A DNA stretch of 64,000 nucleotides. Origin: a virus. A program made the translations under genes and the position numbers. Where the stretch lies: positions 32,001 to 96,000 of the IMG/VR virus record IMGVR_UViG_3300045303_000182; one strand, written 5' to 3'. Shown here in pieces: positions 55,747-63,395 of the stretch (the stretch's first letter is position 1; every line of letters starts with the position of its first letter). The notes under the pieces are model-generated. The model had not been told where the DNA came from. It ran no database searches and worked only from the letters and a program-made list of their open reading frames with translations.

Positions 55747-55943
55747 TCCGGCTTCGGTGCAGCCCGCACCTCGAGGATCACGTCCCTGGGCTGGGTGTCA
55801 CCCACGTCCAACCGCATGCGGATGACGGGGATGTAGTCACCGTTGTTGTCCACCACCGGGTAGGCCGATATCCCAGCCCTCATCAGCGTGCCGACGACGA
55901 AACCGGTCACCAGTGCGTGGTCGTTGTCTACGAAGTTGCCCAT
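55743..55943 (-). CDS. Hypothetical protein
   Basis: GGAGG RBS; TATCAT directly upstream. Confidence 0.6.
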   Translation of the reverse strand: MGNFVDNDHALVTGFVVGTLMRAGISAYPVVDNNGDYIPVIRMRLDVGDTQPRDVILEVRAAPKPE

Positions 55944-56047
55944 ATCTCCTCCATGATAGCTGATTCCAGCAAGCTAGCGGTTGACAACGTTACGGTTGTG
56001 TGACGCTAGGGTGGTGCGACCCTCCCTTACCTACCAAGGAGATAAGC

Positions 56048-56641
56048 GTGATACCTCGACTACTGCTCATTGCTTCACTGTGCCTCTGCGGAGGTGGTGG
56101 CATCCAGATCGACACCTCGGCCCCAGCGGCGCTCGCTGCACCCGCCCAGGTGGTGGTGGAGCCGCCTCCCGCGCCGCCGAGCTCAACGGTAGTGGTCGAA
56201 GCGATCAACGACCCCGCAGTGGCACCCATCGCTGAACCGTTCGTGCCTGCTGTGCGCCTTTCTCCACCGATCCAGGTCGCTCCGACGCTGCCGCCGCCGC
56301 CCTCCGGGATATGGGGCCTGCCGTTCGCTCCCGAGGGCCTGAGCAACTGCGACGAGATGTCGTTCTACCGGCAGCAGTTCGGCCTGCCGGCGCGCTTCGA
56401 CGGCATCGGCTGGCGTGAGTCAAACTGCAGGAACGAGGACGGCGTCCACACGTCGTGCTGCTGGGGCTACTGGCAGCTTCACCAGATGCACCTGGGCGGC
56501 GAGGTCTACGCGCGCAACTGCGATGTCCACTCGTACCGCGACGTGAACAGCGACAACCCGCTGGAGAAGCAGAAGCAGGCGTGCGCCGCCAAGCAGTTGT
56601 ACGACGCTGCAGGCACCTCGCCCTGGGCAGCCACGCGGTAG
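56048..56641 (+). CDS. Secreted lytic transglycosylase (SLT/Rpf-like)
   Basis: Signal peptide, Pro-rich linker, IGWRESNC..GYWQL..AAKQLY..PW; AAGGAG RBS. Confidence 0.75.
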   Translation: MIPRLLLIASLCLCGGGGIQIDTSAPAALAAPAQVVVEPPPAPPSSTVVVEAINDPAVAPIAEPFVPAVRLSPPIQVAPTLPPPPSGIWGLPFAPEGLSNCDEMSFYRQQFGLPARFDGIGWRESNCRNEDGVHTSCCWGYWQLHQMHLGGEVYARNCDVHSYRDVNSDNPLEKQKQACAAKQLYDAAGTSPWAATR

Positions 56642-56714
56642 TCTCTCCCGTGGTCGGCCGTTCCCGTGGAAGCCCGCAGCCATTCGATGACTCACCTATC
56701 CGAATGGAGCTTCC

Positions 56715-56951
56715 ATGGTCAGAGCAATGTTCTACGTCAACCACGTCGGCAAGAACGCCAGCGGCATCGGCGTCGTCAAGCTGAACGCGACCACCAAGGG
56801 CGACTACGCCGCCTGGTCCAAGTACACGCCCTCGGGACAGCTTGAGATCAGCAGCCTCAATGAGAAGGCGACAGCCTGGTTTGAGGAGAGGCTGGGCAAG
56901 GACGTGGCGCTCACGTTCGATGACCCCACCGAGGCTGATCAGGCTGTCTGA
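56715..56951 (+). CDS. Small hypothetical protein
   Basis: VRAMF..WSKYTPSGQLEI. Confidence 0.7.
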   Translation: MVRAMFYVNHVGKNASGIGVVKLNATTKGDYAAWSKYTPSGQLEISSLNEKATAWFEERLGKDVALTFDDPTEADQAV

Positions 56952-57057
56952 CCCGTATCGGGATACCAGCAGAAGTGCGTGACTAGCGCTCGAGCTCTCT
57001 GGGGGGCCTGTGACCAGGGGCGATGCGTTAACGGCCCAGATAACGGGTTTCGCGGAA

Positions 57058-57109
57058 GAGGGCCTCGACAGCCCGTAGGGCGGTATGCCCACAAGCTGTC
57101 GAGGCCCTC
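57058..57109. terminator. 15-bp perfect hairpin between convergent units
   Basis: GAGGGCCTCGACAGC-22nt-GCTGTCGAGGCCCTC. Confidence 0.6.
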
Positions 57110-57134
57110 GCCTCGAGGTCCAAGTTTCCTTTCG

Positions 57135-57308
57135 TTATGAACCGAAGGGGTTGCGCTGACCGGGGGTGACGTGGTCGCGCTCCTCGGTCCAGGTGTGCCC
57201 GATCTCGTTGTCAACGAGGTGGTCGCGCATCATCGTGAGCGCGTCGCACAGCCCAGCCAGGCGCTCGTCGGCCTGGCCGATCTCGATGTCGATGTGCCAG
57301 CGGATCAT
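57135..57308 (-). CDS. Small hypothetical protein
   Basis: 57 aa MIRWHIDIEIG...; ATGA overlap. Confidence 0.5.
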   Translation of the reverse strand: MIRWHIDIEIGQADERLAGLCDALTMMRDHLVDNEIGHTWTEERDHVTPGQRNPFGS

Positions 57309-57676
57309 CGCTTCACCCCGGCTTCCTTGAGCACGGACGCCGGCACACCCTCTTCACGCCAGTCGGCGTAGATCAGGCCGTGGCGCTCGCTGTAGGAGGC
57401 GCAGTGCTCGATGAACGCGCGGACGAGGGACGAGTTGTCGCTCGACTCTTCCGCCTGGGCCTCGCGAAGCAACGGACGGAGCTTGAGACGCTCGATCGGA
57501 TCCGTGGCCTCAACGAGGGCCTGCTGGAGGTCTTCGGCGGTCCTGCGGCGGGGACCGCGGCGCGGGACGGGGACTGCCTGGATCGACTCCAGGTACAGAC
57601 GCACTGCTCGGGACTGAACCATGGCGATCGACATCGCACTCGGTTCTTTGGGGGTGTCAGCCTTGGGTTTGGTCAT
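57305..57676 (-). CDS. Putative DNA-binding protein resembling a conserved Acidimicrobiia protein
   Basis: AVRLYLE..RRGPRRRT..DPIERLKL..YSERHGLIYADWREEGVPASVLKEAGV. Confidence 0.6.
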   Translation of the reverse strand: MTKPKADTPKEPSAMSIAMVQSRAVRLYLESIQAVPVPRRGPRRRTAEDLQQALVEATDPIERLKLRPLLREAQAEESSDNSSLVRAFIEHCASYSERHGLIYADWREEGVPASVLKEAGVKR

Positions 57677-57707
57677 GCAACTATGCTAGTTGCTAGCAAC
57701 CACTATG

Positions 57708-57926
57708 TCACTCTCGCTCGACGGGGCACCAGTTCTTGTCGCCGGTCGTGTGGTTGATCGATCCGCAGTTGACGCAGCCGTAGTTCGCGTTCTCCGGGAA
57801 CGCCACAGCGCTCACCGACATGACGACGCGCGCTCCGAGCGGAGGGTACGACTCGGTGTCCCGGTCGATGACGATGGTGATGACGCCGCCCCCAGCATCC
57901 CGGACGTAGCCCCTGATGTCAGCCAT
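57708..57926 (-). CDS. Small protein with Zn-knuckle-like end
   Basis: CVNCGSINH..WCP. Confidence 0.55.
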   Translation of the reverse strand: MADIRGYVRDAGGGVITIVIDRDTESYPPLGARVVMSVSAVAFPENANYGCVNCGSINHTTGDKNWCPVERE

Positions 57927-58137
57927 GGCTCTCATTCTGCAGCGCCTCGAGTTCGCGGCGCAGACGCAGGCGAGCTTCCTCAGCGCTCTCAAAGTCGCCG
58001 TCAGGAGCGTTCGTCGCCATCCACTGGCTCTGGAAGGCGTCGCACTGGCAGCGGTGGTCGCCGTCGTGGCCTTCCAGCTTGTGGCAGACGTGCTCGGGGG
58101 ACCAGCCATCGGCCCACTCGTACCCGCACGCTGTCAT
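57919..58137 (-). CDS. Small Cys/His protein
   Basis: CG..HVC..GHDGDHRCQC. Confidence 0.55.
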   Translation of the reverse strand: MTACGYEWADGWSPEHVCHKLEGHDGDHRCQCDAFQSQWMATNAPDGDFESAEEARLRLRRELEALQNESHG

Positions 58138-58517
58138 GTCTGGAGCCTTGGGTACTTGCGGAGGAGTCGGTCCACAGTCTCAAGCGCCGCAGCGCTCGGT
58201 TCCTCGATCTCCTCTTGCCCATGGTCTGCTGCCTCGTTGCCGGAAGCGAACAACGGTACGGTCGCCTCGGGGATATCGGGATACCCCACGACGCGTAGCG
58301 AGATGAGGTCGAACTCGTTGCCGCGGGAGGTATGCACGACGGCCCAGCCGTGACAGAAGTGCTCCGGGGTCGCGTGGCAGGCGAAGTACGCGAAGGGCTG
58401 CTCGGGCGTGATGTTGTCGTACTCGCGCAGCTTCTCGTACTCATGGTGCGCCCACAGGCCGCTGGGAACGTCACAGCGGTACGGGCAGGCACTACAGGGC
58501 TGTGAGCGGACCTCCAT
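58134..58517 (-). CDS. DUF6283-like Cys-rich protein
   Basis: PCSACPYR..W..EY..FACH..CHGW. Confidence 0.7.
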   Translation of the reverse strand: MEVRSQPCSACPYRCDVPSGLWAHHEYEKLREYDNITPEQPFAYFACHATPEHFCHGWAVVHTSRGNEFDLISLRVVGYPDIPEATVPLFASGNEAADHGQEEIEEPSAAALETVDRLLRKYPRLQT

Positions 58518-58777
58518 CAGCGGTACCGGTCCTCTTCGGCCTGGCGCACCTGGCGCAGGATCTCCGTGACCGCCGGCCCGACGCACTCGGTCGAGCACGC
58601 GTTGTAGGCGTAGGCGGGGCCACAGCCGATGAGCCAGCCCTCGCCCTGGTGCCAGCCGTACGGCCCCATGACCTTCTGGCCGCGCTTCTTCGGCCCCTCG
58701 CGGCCAGGCACGAACTCAGGCTCCCCGACGCTCTTGCACTTCGGGTTGTCGCACACGATCATCAGTCGCTCAGCCAT
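58517..58777 (-). CDS. Small Cys-containing protein
   Basis: CDNPKC..ACSTEC. Confidence 0.6.
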   Translation of the reverse strand: MAERLMIVCDNPKCKSVGEPEFVPGREGPKKRGQKVMGPYGWHQGEGWLIGCGPAYAYNACSTECVGPAVTEILRQVRQAEEDRYR

Positions 58778-58946
58778 CGGACTCCTCCTTGTCTCCGATC
58801 CAGAAGTCGATGTCTTCCTCGGTCTCCAGGGCGTCAGCCGCCTCGGCCATCAACGTCGCCCAGGCGGTCAGCGGCGGCGGCTCCGTGAGGGGCCACTCTT
58901 CGCACGCGGTGGCCGCGCGACGCAGGCGCTCGATCAGCCCGCCCAT
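58770..58946 (-). CDS. Small hypothetical protein
   Basis: LIERLR..LMAEAADALE. Confidence 0.55.
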   Translation of the reverse strand: MGGLIERLRRAATACEEWPLTEPPPLTAWATLMAEAADALETEEDIDFWIGDKEESDG

Positions 58947-59590
58947 CAGATATGCACGTCCACGACAGCGACGAATGCATCGTCGTTCAGGCCGGTCCAG
59001 AACTGATCGAACCACTTGGAGAAGGCGTCCTGCTCGGTCTCGCCCTCGGTGCTCATGCCGAACCAGCCCATGCGGCCGGGAGCCTTCCAGACGCCCTCAG
59101 CGAGCACGGCGTAGGTCTGCACGCGCTCGTCCTCGGTGACGATGTCGCCCTTGCGAGCCACGTTGGCCTTGAAGCCGTCGGTCTTGGTGTAGAAGCCGTC
59201 CCAGCGGCCACCGATGACCCACCAGTCCCACTTGCTCTGCGGGTTGTAGTTGCTCATCTGATAGAGGCCCTTCTCGTCAACGAAGTACTTCTCGTCGTCG
59301 CCCCACTTGGCGTTGGCGAGGGCAGCTACGGCCGCGGGGTCACCGAGGTCAACCTCGGGATCCTCCTCACGGAGAGAGGAGTAGGGCCAGCCAAGCTCGC
59401 GCGTCGGCATGGAGCGCCAGTTCTCGGGGACCGGGTCTGTGTAGCTCTTGTACGGCTCGACCTCGATGTTCTCATCGAACGGCTCAAGGGCCGCGCTGAC
59501 CATCTCTTCGATATGAGCCATGTCGAGGTTCCCACCTGGGTGGGTGCGGGGCGTCTCGGCCAGCACGACGGTGACGGTGTAGTGACTCAC
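58946..59590 (-). CDS. Hypothetical phage protein
   Basis: SHYTVTV..LEPFDEN..YNPQSKWDWWVIGGRW..MGWFG..VVDVHI; AGGAG RBS before GTG 59590. Confidence 0.75.
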   Translation of the reverse strand: MSHYTVTVVLAETPRTHPGGNLDMAHIEEMVSAALEPFDENIEVEPYKSYTDPVPENWRSMPTRELGWPYSSLREEDPEVDLGDPAAVAALANAKWGDDEKYFVDEKGLYQMSNYNPQSKWDWWVIGGRWDGFYTKTDGFKANVARKGDIVTEDERVQTYAVLAEGVWKAPGRMGWFGMSTEGETEQDAFSKWFDQFWTGLNDDAFVAVVDVHI

Positions 59591-59644
59591 TGGGGTACTC
59601 CTGGGGTAGGTGGTTACTGCTAGCAACTATGCTAGCTGATTCCA

Positions 59645-60121
59645 TCAGGAATCCTCCTCAGCCTGAGCCTCTTCCAGCGCGCGTCGCAGAGCGAGCCGCT
59701 CCTCCTCCTCTTCGTGCTCGGCCATCCAGTCCTTGAGCCTCTGGAGGTTCGCCGGGGTCAGCGGGCCTGCTGGGAAAGCGAGATCAAGCTGATCGAAGGC
59801 GAGCACAGGGAACCACGCCCAATCTCTCCCTTCCCATACCCCGATACGGTGCGCGGCCTGGTCGTACTTGAGCGTGCCCACCTCGAGGAGCTCAAAGATC
59901 CGCAGTGCCTCCTGGATCTCGCGCGACCGATGAGGCTTCATCTCGATGTAGTACTTGCCGTCCACGAAGTGGACCGGGAAGCCCTCGGGTTGGCCGAGGG
60001 CACCACCGAACTGCTGGGGACTCAGGTGGGGGCTGCGGTGGAGCGCGGCGCGGTCGCCGCGCTCCCGTAGCTCATCCATCGTCGCCTTGGGGATCTCAAC
60101 CCAGGACGGATCAACGGTCAT
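59645..60121 (-). CDS. Hypothetical protein
   Basis: 158 aa; contains HLSPQQF. Confidence 0.6.
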   Translation of the reverse strand: MTVDPSWVEIPKATMDELRERGDRAALHRSPHLSPQQFGGALGQPEGFPVHFVDGKYYIEMKPHRSREIQEALRIFELLEVGTLKYDQAAHRIGVWEGRDWAWFPVLAFDQLDLAFPAGPLTPANLQRLKDWMAEHEEEEERLALRRALEEAQAEEDS

Positions 60122-61590
60122 GCCCGCCGGCGCTTCCTCCCTACCGAGAAGAGGGCGAGGCCCGAGCCGAGGGCGAGGGCAGCAATAGCGAGGTAGGTGC
60201 CGCTGTTGCTTCCGGTGGGTGGCAGTCCCTCGGGCGGGGGCGTGACCCCTGGCGGGAACGGCCCGTTCGGATTAGCGCAAGTTGCGCTCTCCGGTGGGTA
60301 GGTGACGAAGGCCGTAGCCGTCGGGTTGACCGTGTAGGTCAGGTTGATGCCGGCGCGGAGGAACTCGTCGCTGGGGTCGCGGATCCAGAAACCATCGCTG
60401 GTGAGGATCCAGCCAGGCACGTCAGCGATGGTTCCATCGCTGTTCACGGTGGTACCTGGGTACAGCAAGTCCACGGTCGTGCCGGGGGCGTAGACCAGCG
60501 GTTGGGTCGAGACGACGTTGCCGTTGATGTCCGACATCGTCAGCGTCCCAGTGCGACCGGCCAACTCGGGGAACGTGTTCTGGAAGACGATCCTGATCGT
60601 CGGAACCTCAGCCACGCAGACTGTCGCCGCGGCTCCGAACGTGAACGGTGGGGCTGGCACCGTCGTGGTAGTGGTCCCAGGGATCGTAGGCCCAGTCGTG
60701 GTGGTCCCAGGGATGGTGGTGGTGGTCGTTGTGGATGGCGAGGTCGTCGTCGTCGGCCCAGTCGTAGACGTGGGTGGCACCGTCGTCGTCGTCGGCGGGA
60801 GCGTCGTGGTCGTCGGCGGGAGCGTGGTCGTCGTCGTCGTTGATGTCGTCACCGCCGTGGTCGTAGTGGTAGGTGGGCAGTTCGGTGGGAAGGTCACGGA
60901 GGCCGTTGCTGTCTCCGGGCCGAGCGAGTAGATCAGGTTCACGTTCTGCGTCGTGTTGGGGTAGGCGATCGTCACCGTCTGGTTCGACTGGAAGGTCAGG
61001 AACACCGACCCGCCCGTGCTGAACGACAGCACTCCGACCTGACCGTTGAGGTCAGGCCGATCACCGAAGGTGATCGAGATCTCGGGCAGGAAGTCGGGAC
61101 CGCAGAAGGCGAACACGTTGACCGCGAACAGGCTCGGCTTCGGAGGCTGGGTCGTGCTCGTCGTGCTTGTGGATGACGTTGTGGAAGTTGTGGATGACGT
61201 ACTGGTCGAGGTTGTGGAACTCGAGGTCGTCGTCGTCGGCTTCATCGTGGTCGTCGTGGTCGGGTACGGCTTGTGGGTCGTCGTGGTCGCTGGCAACGTC
61301 GTCGTCGGAGCAACGGTCGTGGTCGTCGTCGGGTAGGTGTGCGGCGGCTTCTCCGTCGTGGTCGTGTCGTGCTTGTACGTCGTCGTCGTCTCGTACGGCT
61401 TGTGGGTGGTGGTCGTCACCTCCCGCGGCTCCGTCGTGGCAGTGGTCGTCGTGTAGTTCTGCGTCTCGACCTGCACGACTTGCTCGACCGGGGCTTCATC
61501 GGGCGGCTGCGGCGACTCTTCGGCCATCACTGCAGGCACTCCACATGCCGCTAACACCAGGAGGCCCAGTAGCCCCAGTCGCCTGATCAT
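60118..61590 (-). CDS. Sortase-anchored (LPxTG) Thr-rich surface protein
   Basis: Signal peptide; poly-Thr stalks; two related domains; LPPTG + TM + RKRRRA. Confidence 0.85.
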   Translation of the reverse strand: MIRRLGLLGLLVLAACGVPAVMAEESPQPPDEAPVEQVVQVETQNYTTTTATTEPREVTTTTHKPYETTTTYKHDTTTTEKPPHTYPTTTTTVAPTTTLPATTTTHKPYPTTTTTMKPTTTTSSSTTSTSTSSTTSTTSSTSTTSTTQPPKPSLFAVNVFAFCGPDFLPEISITFGDRPDLNGQVGVLSFSTGGSVFLTFQSNQTVTIAYPNTTQNVNLIYSLGPETATASVTFPPNCPPTTTTTAVTTSTTTTTTLPPTTTTLPPTTTTVPPTSTTGPTTTTSPSTTTTTTIPGTTTTGPTIPGTTTTTVPAPPFTFGAAATVCVAEVPTIRIVFQNTFPELAGRTGTLTMSDINGNVVSTQPLVYAPGTTVDLLYPGTTVNSDGTIADVPGWILTSDGFWIRDPSDEFLRAGINLTYTVNPTATAFVTYPPESATCANPNGPFPPGVTPPPEGLPPTGSNSGTYLAIAALALGSGLALFSVGRKRRRA

Positions 61591-61593
61591 GTG

Positions 61594-61923
61594 CTACTCC
61601 CCTACGTGGACCGTCACCTTGCGAACTGTGTCAGTGAGAGCCTGGAACGCTTCCACACTCCGCGCTGGCACTTCGGGGCCGACTGTAGCCGTAAGAGACA
61701 CACCGGACTGATTCTTGATCTCGACGGTGTCACCCTCGTAGAAGGCGTCAGCCTCAAGTAGCTCGTTGAGGACGTGGGCCATGAAGTCAGCCCCCATCCG
61801 GCTGCCGTCATCGCAGAGCGCTCCGACCCACAAGTTGATAGGAGCGTCCACGGAGTAGACCCACGCCTCCTGCTTGCCCTCGGGGTCGAACACGCCAATC
61901 AGCACTACCTCGTTGTGGTTCAT
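61594..61923 (-). CDS. Hypothetical protein
   Basis: Start MNHNEVV, ATGA overlap. Confidence 0.55.
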   Translation of the reverse strand: MNHNEVVLIGVFDPEGKQEAWVYSVDAPINLWVGALCDDGSRMGADFMAHVLNELLEADAFYEGDTVEIKNQSGVSLTATVGPEVPARSVEAFQALTDTVRKVTVHVGE

Positions 61924-62324
61924 CGGTACACCACCCGCGTGATCCCTGCGCCCTGGATCAGCACCGAGCAACCGTGGCACGGCTCCCCGGTCACGTAGAT
62001 CGTCTTGCCACGCGTCTCACGGCCCGCTCGCATGATCGCGTTGGCCTCGGCGTGGACAGCGTCACAGCGGCCCGGACCATGGCTGTAGGGAGCCAGCGAC
62101 GGCACCTCCTCCTTGGAGAGCAGGCCGCGCGAGCAGTCACCGGCCAGGCACGACCCGGCGTTGGACGCCAACCCGTTGTAGCCGAGGGAGACGATGTCCT
62201 TCGTCTCCTCATCGAAGATGATCGCAGCGTGCCTCGCACGACGGCAGTCGGACCGTGAGTCAGCCAACAGCCGCGCCATCGCCAGCAGCGTCTCGTCCCA
62301 GGAAGCGCGAACGTGCTCAGTCAC
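61920..62324 (-). CDS. dCMP deaminase (cytidine/deoxycytidylate deaminase family)
   Basis: GYNG, HAEANA, PCHGC, AGITRVVY. Confidence 0.92.
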   Translation of the reverse strand: MTEHVRASWDETLLAMARLLADSRSDCRRARHAAIIFDEETKDIVSLGYNGLASNAGSCLAGDCSRGLLSKEEVPSLAPYSHGPGRCDAVHAEANAIMRAGRETRGKTIYVTGEPCHGCSVLIQGAGITRVVYR

Positions 62325-62578
62325 TCGATGCCTTCCAGGACAGCGACGCGCTCGATCAGGTTCTCGCTGTGGGCCACGTACAGCGTCACCGTGGGGTCGA
62401 TGCGCTCCATGAAGTCAGCCAGCAGGCCAGCGATGAGCGCGATGTCGGCTCGTAGCTGCCCCTGCTGACCGATGTCACCGTGGGAGATGTCCTCGTCCAG
62501 GACTTCCATCTCCAGTTCGGACGCTTTGGCACGCAACAGGCGCACCGCGCGCTCGGGATCCAGCTTCTCAGTTGTCAT
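62321..62578 (-). CDS. Hypothetical protein
   Basis: TAGCTT-7nt-ATG. Confidence 0.6.
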   Translation of the reverse strand: MTTEKLDPERAVRLLRAKASELEMEVLDEDISHGDIGQQGQLRADIALIAGLLADFMERIDPTVTLYVAHSENLIERVAVLEGIE

Positions 62579-62588
62579 GTGATAGAAG

Positions 62589-63182
62589 CTAGCAGGAGCA
62601 GGAGAAGTAGGACGGCCTCCGTCCGCGTGGAAACGAGGCCCCTGCGTAGATCTCCATGTGGTCCCACATCAGGTCGGGGATCGAGCCGCTGGCGTCCTCG
62701 CCGTGGATGACGACGTACTCGTCGCCATCGTTGCCCTGGCTGACACAGTCGCGAACCAACTGTTCGAACTCGATGTCCATGTCGCGGGCGAAGTTCCGCA
62801 GCCAATCCTCGCTGGCCCGCACGTTGGGGCCGATCAGGAGGTCGGTCGTCTCTCCCGAGGGCGGGAAGGCCGGGTGCTCCCACACATGGCGCAGGCTGGT
62901 GATCTCGCGGGGGTAGACGATCAGCCAGAAGCGCGCGTCGGGCTGCACCGGCTGCCGCAGGAACGGATCCACGATGCCCACGCTGTTGACCCCGACAGCG
63001 CCGCGGTAGGCCAGACCGTCATCAGGGTCCAACTGGACGTGCTGACCGGGCTGCAGGAGCTCACCAGCCTCGATCGGGTACACGGCGAGGTGGATTGCGT
63101 CCCGCTTCTCCTCCGGGCCGATGATCGAGCCGAGGGTGTCGAGGGCGTCTGTGTGGACAGTTGGTCGGGCGTCTTGCGTCAT
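62589..63182 (-). CDS. Hypothetical phage protein
   Basis: RDAIHLAV..GIVDPFL..ITSLRHVWEHPAF..FSCSC; TAGCTT-7nt-ATG. Confidence 0.7.
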   Translation of the reverse strand: MTQDARPTVHTDALDTLGSIIGPEEKRDAIHLAVYPIEAGELLQPGQHVQLDPDDGLAYRGAVGVNSVGIVDPFLRQPVQPDARFWLIVYPREITSLRHVWEHPAFPPSGETTDLLIGPNVRASEDWLRNFARDMDIEFEQLVRDCVSQGNDGDEYVVIHGEDASGSIPDLMWDHMEIYAGASFPRGRRPSYFSCSC

Positions 63183-63358
63183 GACTCAGAAGCTAGCGAA
63201 ATCCCTAAGCGATCCGAGCAGCATTTGCCGGCGCTCGAGGGATCCGCCGGCGTGGGATCCCCCTTCTGCCCATATCGCCATATCAGCCGCACCTCCAACA
63301 CGGCTCCCCCGCCTACATGCCGCCTCAACTACCCGCGTTGGGGTGGTGACGCGAAGAA

Positions 63359-63378
63359 GCCCCCGCCGTAGCGGGGGC
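63359..63378 (-). terminator. Rho-independent terminator
   Basis: GCCCCCGC-4nt-GCGGGGGC followed on the minus strand by TTCTTC, 17 nt after a stop codon. Confidence 0.7.
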
Positions 63379-63395
63379 CTCTCGCCTGAGGACGG

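Noticed and set aside
55981-56012. Canonical sigma-70 promoter TTGACA...TAGGGT for the transglycosylase
   Set aside because: Spacing is 20 bp, too long; the -10 may work alone but the pair is not supported
57000-57135. Hammerhead ribozyme or SRP RNA
   Set aside because: No CUGANGA core or SRP helix-8 motif found on either strand
3763-60463. The dispersed palindrome as an SOS box or restriction site
   Set aside because: It does not match the actinobacterial LexA box (TCGAAC-N4-GTTCGA), and restriction sites would be depleted rather than enriched
60660-61455. GTC/GTG microsatellite-like tracts as phase-variation loci
   Set aside because: They encode poly-Thr with mixed codons and are triplet-based, so slippage would not switch frame
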